DNA of 64,000 nucleotides from the human T2T-CHM13v2.0 reference genome, Homo sapiens. Below the pieces are notes generated by a model. That model was not told where the DNA came from and did no database searches. It saw only the letters and a program-made list of their open reading frames with translations. Location: assembly GCF_009914755.1 (NCBI RefSeq), contig NC_060929.1; one strand, 5' to 3'. Position numbers and translations under genes: made by a program. This document shows positions 55,468 to 64,000 of this stretch, one piece after another (positions within the stretch are counted from its first letter, which is position 1; each line of letters opens with the position of its first letter).

Positions 55468-56557
55468 TAGGCCAGTGTTTTTCAAACTGTAGGTTGTCAG
55501 TTTAGAGGGTCCCAATTAGTATTTTTTAGTGAAAGAATAGAGCAGAATAGAACAGAAAATATCACATGTATTAAAGTATTGTTTCAGGAAATTTTTATTA
55601 TAATTGTGCGCATGTGTGTATAGGCTTGTAACTTGAGTAACTTCCATTTCATGATTAATAAGTGTAAAGCCACAGTTCCAAGCTTTTTCTGATCAATAAT
55701 CCATCACCAATCAATAATTTTTCCACCCCTTGAATTCAAGAGTTTGACTGGCTTGCTGTTTCCAGAACTGATCACCTTCAAGGAGCTTTTATCTTCCAAA
55801 TACAAACTGTTTCTTAGGAAGTGATGCTGTGGACTTTCATATTAAAGAGCCAAGTGTTCTACCACCACACATTTCCAAATTCAGTTCTGGGTTCTGTAAT
55901 ATATGTTCTTCTGACCTAGCCTTCCAAAATCACCCCACACTGATGAATGTGAAGATGGGCACCAAGACCAAGTTAAGCTTCTCTTAGACAGTACCTGCTG
56001 GTGCTGCTTGCCAAATGAATAAGCGTGCCCTGGCACCTAGCTCTGGAAACAACCAAGTAGAGGAATCTCTTGTTAGCACTGACATCTGGTGGTCACTGAG
56101 AGGCCAGCACCCCAGCATCTTGAACTTAAAAGTATGCACCTGGGAACCAGGCACCAACCCCGACGACTCCAGCAGAATTGATTCCTCGTCCCCCTCCTCT
56201 CCTGGACCACCTACCTTCTCCACGCAGCTGGACTCAGCAAGCTGGAGAGAAAGATCAAGGATTTAGAGTCGGATGCAGCCAGGGTCCACAGCCTAACACG
56301 TGATCCCAGGTAAACTATCTAAACTCTGTAAGACTCAGCTGCAAAATTGGGATAAGAAAACAATCTACATTGGGCATTGGGGTATCTTATTTAACTCTCA
56401 AAACAACTTCTTTGATGTTAAGTTCCACATACCTATTAAGCATCCAAATGTTGATTCCCTTCTTCCTTCTGTCATTTTATTTAAGGCACGCTCTATTCCT
56501 TCAAAGTCTTGAGTCCCACTTCCTTTCTATCATTTTTTGTCTGGCTTACTCCATTGA

Positions 56558-57050
56558 AATAATAGCTAATATTTATGGAGTGCCTACTATGAGCCAGGTG
56601 TTGTTCTGAGATGTACACTGTTAAAATCGAGCTATGTCAGCCCTCTGAAGTCAAGACTATCATCTTCCCTCTGTTTCACTGATGAAGAAAATGAGGTGGG
56701 GTGAGTTTAAGCAGGTTGCCCAAGGCCACAAGTCTTGGGACTAAATTTTTAAACCCAACACTGTAGCTCCAGAAGGCACACTCTTAACTTTTGAGCTGAA
56801 TTTGACTCTTTGCCTTCTGTTGTAATAATAGCTAATGCTTATTGAGTGATTATTAAGTGCTGGGTTCTTATATATATTATCTCATCTAATCTTTACAAAA
56901 ACCTATGAGATCATTATTATCATTATCTTCATTCTACAGATGAAAAAAACTGAGGTTAAATGATCCGCCCGAGGTCACGAAGTCAACAAATGGTGAAATT
57001 GGAATTCCAACTTGGATAGTTGGATTCTGTAGTCTTTGGCCTTAACCATC
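56558..57050. mobile_element. Two tandem MIR elements
   Basis: aatagctaat...tt attgagtg starts near 56560 and 56825. Cores gatgaagaaaatgagg and gatgaaaaaaactgagg. Confidence 0.75.
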
Positions 57051-57979
57051 CTTCTCCTGGAGGGGATGCTGGAGTTATGTAGTTCCAGCCTCCCAATGAG
57101 CCTGTGATCTCGAAGGCAGAGCAGTCTCTGCTGGTAGAAGGCACTTCCTTGCCAGATGGTTGATGACAGTGATAGTGATCTGGCTACGCTGGTGAGGCCA
57201 GTCCTGCCTTTGTGGCTGCACAGTAGCGCAGCTTCAAGGAGAGGTCAATAGAAAGGCCTCAATGACTCTCAGGTGACTCTCAGCAGATTTCCTGCCCAGT
57301 GTCTAAAGGCAAGGGACAATAATACTGACACTAAGAGAGCTCTCAATTCAATGTGCCATCCCTGACATGGGTTCTTGTCATTCCCTTAATTTAAACTCTG
57401 CAGTGGCTTCTCATGGCTCCAGGATAAAGTATAAATTCCTGCACGGAGTGTCAGGGTCTCTGATTACTGAACCCCTGCTTCCCTCTCCATCCTGATTTGC
57501 AGTCCTCGCCTCTGTTGGAAGGAAATAGCCACAGAACAAACTTGCCCCCCATGGCACTGTGCTCTCATAACTCCAGGCCTTAGTTACACATGCTGGTCCT
57601 CATCTGGAAACATCACCTCCCTACCCCAACTGTCCCCTCGCACCCCAAACCACTCGGCCCACCTCCTTGTTGACTCCAACTCCTACTTCAGTGGAGGCAG
57701 CAGGTGTTTCAGGAAGCTTTCCAGACCCCTCTTTGTTCCCCTTGGCCTCCCAGGTTACTGATATCATGGCAGAATGTGGTCTGTCTCCCACCAACTATAT
57801 GCTTCTTTAGGGCAAAAAGTGGGTTTTTTAAAAAACCATTGTACCCCAGTGCCTGGCACAGAGTAAAAAAATAAATTTAAGTATATATATATATAAATTT
57901 AAATTGTATATATATATGTATGTAAAATGGTGAATTTCAAATGACCATTGTTAGCAACTATTTGAGTGCTGCGCACTTC

Positions 57980-58238
57980 CCCTTCCATTCTTTCCCAGTA
58001 CAGGTGTTACTGACATTTTTGGTGAGACAATTCATAAGGTGGGAATGCCCTGAGAATTGCAGGCATTTGACATCCCTGAGTCCTGGACACCAGATGCTGG
58101 TAGGTCCCCACCCCTCTACCATCCCCATCACCCTTTCCCATTTTCCACCTTTTCATCCTTGTTGCTGTGACAATGAAAAATACACCTTTACATATTTTTT
58201 TAACATCCTCGCAGAGGTACCTTCCTCAGAACCACTGT
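57980..58238. mobile_element. MER20-family DNA transposon remnant
   Basis: actgacatttttgg..gacaattc..., accagatgctggtag, gtgacaatgaaaaat, agaaccactg. Confidence 0.6.
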
Positions 58239-59914
58239 AGCTAAAAGGTGTTTCCGATTCGGACAGAACATACTTTCCTTGAATCGGGCATTCACAATGT
58301 TTATGGGAAGTTTACATTTCATCTCTAATGCCAATGCTTCTGTATATTTATTTATACATTCTGTATATTTCTAATGCCATTGCTTCTGTATATTTCACCT
58401 CTAATACCATTGCCTGTCATGTGTAAGCTCCAGGAGACCCTCTTGGGTGACAGTGAACTTGAGCTGTGTAGCAATGACATTATCATGATATGAGTCTGCC
58501 CCTGATAGGGATAAAGGGTAAGGAGGGGAGAGGAACTCAGAGAGATAAAATGTTAATCACATTGTTAGGGCAGGGATGACAATAGTATTCACCTTTTCTA
58601 CTTGACCAACTTAATGAAAACAGTAAAATTCTCTTGGGGAATTCTCAGTATCCATTGTTAACATCAATTACACAAGCAGTAGACATCAGGTCTGTGTCAG
58701 GAGCAAATGGCTGACCTGAAGAGATGCCTTATGTGCTTTGAAGGTAGTGCTAGGAGGGCTTACAAGTTATGTTGAATATTTGACATTGCTGATACCCAGT
58801 TGTTTTGGGAAAGTAAAAATCCTCCCTTTGATTGACTGGTGGTCTCAGTTTCCTTCTCTGCAATGGGGATTTTTTTTTTTTAATGCTTCTCTGTCTAACT
58901 GAGTAGAGCAAGGAAAAACCTCAGGAATTTCAGAAATGAATGTACCATTCACCTTTCTATTTTGAAGGCTAACTATTGCTTAAGTCAGGCCTTGTATCTT
59001 CATTATCAGTGTCAGCACATCAAAGTGTTAAGTATGGGACTGTGTTATGAAAGAGACCATGAAACTCTACTATCATTTCTTTTATACTTATAGGCATTGA
59101 TCACTTTAATCAAAGATAAAACACCTTGTTTAAAACAATTAGCTTTGACAATATATGTATAAGCAGAACCTTAAATTGTAAATGTGTTCATTTTCTTCTT
59201 CCCTACTACACATATTAAATAATAGAGACAAGAAAAGTAGGTGGAAGATGATTCCAAGTAACTTTGGGGCATTATTACAAAGTGAAGCTGGTAAGATTTT
59301 TGTCTTTTTGACAAATTCAAGGAAGCCTGCAGAAAAAATCTTGTTTCAGGAGTACATTTTCACTTAGCTGTTCTCTAAGTAGAAATGCATTACTCCTAGA
59401 AAGAAAAATGAAAGTTCTTCAACTGCCGAAGACAAAATGACAGATTTGGCTTCCAGCAATACATTCTTGACAGCTACTAGAGTTTCAGGAAAAGAAAACA
59501 AGAAAATTAAATTTGACAGAAATGAAGAGGGGGAAAAAAGAAGCAATTTTTTCTAGTTAGCATCTCAATGTCTTTGGAGGGATTTTAGGGCAATTCCATA
59601 ACAGACCACTTAGGCATCTCCCCCATGTTCCCCTATAGATGTGAATGTTATTTTAATGGAGCTGCCACCCTATAGACAACAGGTGGTGTCTACACGTGAG
59701 TCCACAGACTGACTGCATGATGACTTGCTCAAGAGAACTTGAGAACAAACGGGAGCCACGACACGCTTGGAAATGAATTTTACAGCTTTCCATCAGACTT
59801 CATTTCTGTAAACTTAAGAATATACTTCTGCAGAATTTTGCAAAAGCCTGTACTCAAGTTTGGGCTTCAGATGGAGGAGCTTGTTTTTTCCATGTTTGGA
59901 CAGCTATGTGATCC

Positions 59915-60135
59915 AATATGGCAGGAGCTATTAAAATGTAAATTAATTTACCTATATTATTTAAATAAATTACTTAAATTAATTGGTTGATTATATTTAA
60001 CATGCAACTAAAAAGTCGGTTCTTCAGTCACACTAGCCATGTTTCAAGGGCTCAAAATCCACATGTGGCTAGTGGCTACCATGTTGGACAGCGTGAATAC
60101 AGAACATTGCCATCATGGTGGAAGGTTTTATTCAC
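59915..60135. mobile_element. MER3/MER33-like hAT remnant
   Basis: cagtcacactagccatgtttcaagggctcaa...cacatgtggctagtggctaccatgttggacagc. Confidence 0.8.
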
Positions 60136-60286
60136 TGAGTTATCTCTGAGCTCAGGACAGAGTCATGGATAGTGAAGGGTGGGAATTGGGAGTGAAGTGG
60201 CACAAAAGGAATAAGCTGGGGAGAAGAGGTTGCAGCAGACTTCTGTGAGCAACCAGAAAGCAATTCAAGTCAAGAAATAATTGCTA

Positions 60287-60580
60287 GCCCAGGCATGGTG
60301 GTTCATGCCTGTAATCCCAGCATTTTGGGAGCCGAGGCAGGCCGATCACTGGAGCCCAGGAGTTTGAATAGCCTGGCCAACATGATGAAACCCTGTCTCT
60401 ACCAAAAAATACAAAAAATTAGCCAGGCATGGTAGCACGTGCCTGTAGTCCCAGCAGCTACTCAAGAGACTGAGTGGTGAGGATCACTTGAACCCAAGAG
60501 GTGGAGGCTGCAGTGAGCCAAGATTGTGCCAAGGCACACCAGCCTGGGCAATACAGTGAGATCCCATATAAAAAAAAAAA
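60287..60580 (+). mobile_element. AluJ
   Basis: Full-length diverged Alu. TSD aagaaataattgcta / aagaaagaattgcta. Confidence 0.93.
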
Positions 60581-61049
60581 AAGAAAGAATTGCTAATTGC
60601 CAATGCATAACCACAGAACCTGAGGGAAACATAGAAGAATAAAAGAGATGTAGTCCCTGCCCTCAGGAAATTCAGAGTAGGACAAAAGAAACAGAAATAC
60701 CCATTACAAAACCACTTTAATACAAGTTCCAGTGACAAAAAGGACATCTCAGGAGACAGTGATCGAGGAGCTCATGGAGTTATAAACAGGAATTAAAGAT
60801 GAGATCATTAAATGGCTGAAGGATGGGTGAAAAAGGGGACCAAGGGGTAGGAGAGGAGGAGAGGACTCCACAAGGGAGATGACAGGGATTGGAGGGAAAT
60901 GCAGGGGTGTAAGTGCTGGCAAACACAAGCTTGATGTGGAGCCAGGCAGGCAGAGGGTGTAGACTCCCCAGGATCACCAAGGACGGCTTTTTATTCATCT
61001 CTCACCACTACATTTGAAAGACATTTATTCTTATTACCGAAATGATGGA

Positions 61050-61280
61050 ATAGGCATGTGCTTTGGACTCAGAAAATCTTGGGTTTGCACCCTAGCTCTA
61101 CTACTATGTACCAGCTATGTGACCTTAGACAACTTACCTACCCTCTCTGAGCCTACCTTTTCTTCCTCATCTACAGAACTGGGAAATGATAGCTATTTCT
61201 AAATACTGTCACGAGGATTAAATGATGTGTGTAAAAGTGCTTAACAGAATGCCTAGCACATAGTAGATACTCAACAGGGT
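61050..61280. mobile_element. MIR
   Basis: agctatgtgaccttagacaacttaccta ccctctctgagcct...gtgcttaacagaatgcctagcacatagtag. Confidence 0.8.
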
Positions 61281-62397
61281 TAGTTTCCCTTCCCTTTTCT
61301 GAAGGCACTGGCTACATCTGCAGACTTTGGGGGCAGAATGCTTGGTTAAACTCCACTCTGCCTCTCATGCCGGCTGTGTGATAAGTGGGCATGTTGCATT
61401 CCAACAGAGGCATTCCCAAGTGACAGGTGAGTGTGGACATGTTACAGCTTAAGCCTGAGCACACCACTGTTTGCAGCAGGAATAGGAACTATTGGCAAAA
61501 TCACTTGGTAGGATTCCATTCACACTTCTTATGTTAAGGAGAAATGTTTGCCAGTTAATCTCACAGTAACAATTTGAGAACGATGAGAAGAAATCTTGAA
61601 GCAACCACTCAGAACAATTGGGGAGGGAGAGGGGGCATTCAATAGGGTTTTATTTACACTTGTATGGTCAGATCTGCTGCAATCTGCGCCCGTGGTGACA
61701 CCTCACAGCACTCCCTATTGGTTTACACTTTTAGAACTTAATCACATACATTTGGGCTTACAGTGTTATCTCTTCTATAACAGATCATCTGCTTCCTTTT
61801 CATTTATCTTATCTCCCAAGCCAATATCCAATTTTCTTGAAGGCAAAAGCTGAGTATATGCTCTTTCTATCCCAGGTCATACCTAGCACATTCCTGAACT
61901 TGCTGTAGAAAGGAGAAAAAGAGAAAGGAAGGAAAGAAAGGAGAAGCTTGTATTCGTGTTTGAAATCTGAAATAAATAGATATTTGATAATGAAATGGCC
62001 ACACTGGGTAATACTCACACGGCCCATTACAGTCTAACATTTGGTGTCAAGTGCTGTGTTGTGGCACAGTCTGGGCCATCTTCATGTCAATCTCAAATAA
62101 TCAAGACTGTATCTTGGAAACATGCTAGAAAAACCCTTTAAGGTTCTGCAGCCATTACTTGTTCTAAATTATTTTAAAGAGATACAATAAATCTTTTTGC
62201 TCATATTTTATATGTTTTTTAAAATAGTATATGAATTCATTTTCTTGCAAAAGATTTGAAAAATAGGGAAATATAAAAGTAAACCATAGAAGTTGCCTTC
62301 ACACTTTCATCTCACTCCCACCCCCCTGACAAGCCCTGTTAACTATTTATTGTGTTTCCCTGAAGTAATCTAACTCACTAGGTTCAAGTTAGATCCA

Positions 62398-62876
62398 TGC
62401 ATTTGTTTCCTGTGGGTGCTGTAACAAATCATCATAAATTCAATGGCTTAAAGCAACAGAAAAGTATTCCCTCACAGTTCTAGAGGGCAGAAGTCCAAAA
62501 TCAGTATCACTGGGCCAAAATCAAGGTGTTAGCAGGGCCATTCTCCCTCCAGAGGCTCCAAAGGAGAATCCATTCATTGCACCTTCGGCCACTGGCAGCT
62601 GCCAACAATCCTTGGTTTGTGGCCACATCACTCCCCTCTCTGCCTCCATGGTCACATTGCCTTCCCCTCTCCTGCATGTGTCAGATCTTCTGCTTCCTAC
62701 TTAGAAGGATCGCAATGTGGTGACATGTAGGGCCCACTGGATAATTCAGGATCATTTCTCCACCTGGAGATTCTTCATTACACCTGCAATGACACTTTTT
62801 CAGTATGTCATAACATTTACAGGTTCCAGAGATTTGAATCTGGTATCTTCAGGGGCTATTATTCAGCCCACTCCAG
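62398..62876 (-). mobile_element. MaLR LTR (MLT1D/E-like)
   Basis: gtttcctgtgggtgctgtaacaaat...ctcacagttctagagggcagaagtccaaaatc...tattcagccca. Confidence 0.85.
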
Positions 62877-63871
62877 TAATTTGTTTTGTTTTTTGAAAAA
62901 ACAGTGAAGCCTTCCTTCAAAAATTAATGACAATAATAATAACAAAACTGCTGTCGAGATCATGTTCATGTTACTACAACTGGGAAAAGTTAATATTCTG
63001 ATGAATCTCTAACATCCCTCACCACTTTCCTCTACTTAATTATACTCCCTTTAAGGTCATCTGAAAAAAGTGGGATGTTCTCAGGTAAATATGCAGCTGG
63101 TAATTTAAATTCAGTGCCTCAAGATATTGTTTTTAACCTTCCTTTCTGTCTTCCCTTTCACAAGGGTAACTTAACTCCCAGTGCTCCCAGCCCCTTCCAT
63201 CCTGTTGCATCAGTTTCAACTATGGTTGTTCTAGCCTCATTGTCAGAGCACGTGATGAAAGATCATTAGCATCTGATGCAAGGCTGTGCTCCCTCAGTGC
63301 GCTCCAGTTGGCTCCGTGCCCCCATGTGGAAACTGGGCTGCCTGGCGGTGGACCATGTGCCAGTCCCAGGAGCCCCAAAGATTCTGACTTTGAAAGCAAT
63401 CTTCAGGGCTTTACCTGGGAAGCAGAAGAACTCTGGAGAACTCTGTACACAGGTGAGTTCACTAGGACGGTGAGCAAAGTAGAGGTAATGTACACTCCAG
63501 GAGGAAGAAAAAACCAAAACAGAAACCCCAGCCTCCACTGACCAACCTTCCTCTCCTGATTTCCCACTGAAAAGGCTGGATTTTCCACAGACAACCTGGA
63601 AGTTCTTGCCTGGGGAATGTACAGTGTAGAGACTTGGCACTTTCATTTTCTCATGTAATTATGCATTGAAAATGAAGCTTAATATTGAGCCGATAAGGAG
63701 AAGTTGAGTTCAAAACTTAACACCTTCCTACATCTTATGCCCTTACTCATCCTGGCTCCATCTCACCAGTATCTATTTTACTTTGGGGAAGGAAGCAGTT
63801 AAATTTCAATATGAAACAACAGCTCCCAGAACTTTCATTACCGCCAGTAATTACTGCTCAGGGAAAGGATA

Positions 63872-63903
<32 letters not shown>
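63872..63903. repeat. (AAT)n microsatellite, about 10 units
   Basis: Directly visible. Confidence 0.95.
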
Positions 63904-63904
<1 letters not shown>

Positions 63905-64000
63905 GCATAACTCCAATTCCCCATAATCTGCCTGCTAGTTCAAGTGGCCAACATAATATTTACAATATATTTTAAGTCAAGCATGAAAAAGTTGAGAATA

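Noticed and set aside
57871-57924. AT-rich quasi-palindromic (TA)n block
   Set aside because: Ordinary low-complexity microsatellite decay.

Overview
This is primate genomic DNA, almost certainly human, covering the 3' part of SLC1A3 (EAAT1/GLAST, the astrocytic Na+-dependent glutamate/aspartate transporter) on the + strand. The window starts inside the long intron 3 (1-30847). It then contains coding exons 4-10 (30848-46083), all with GT-AG borders that join into one reading frame ending ...DSETKM*. A ~2 kb 3' UTR ends near the AATAAA at 48121, followed by ~16 kb of downstream sequence with two CpG-rich islands and several CTCF-like motifs. The rest is ordinary interspersed repeats (about 15 Alu-family elements, plus L1, L2, MIR, MaLR LTRs and hAT MITEs) and microsatellites. 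Nearly all short ORFs in the track are spurious. I see no new protein-coding system. The best leads are regulatory or structural: inverted Alus bracketing the in-frame skippable exon 9; an exon 7 start that regenerates a 5' splice site; splice signals for an antisense transcript in intron 3; an ancient local duplication; and a CTCF/CpG-island/G4 module just past the polyA site. Repeat subfamily names and the boundaries of old repeats are by eye and approximate.
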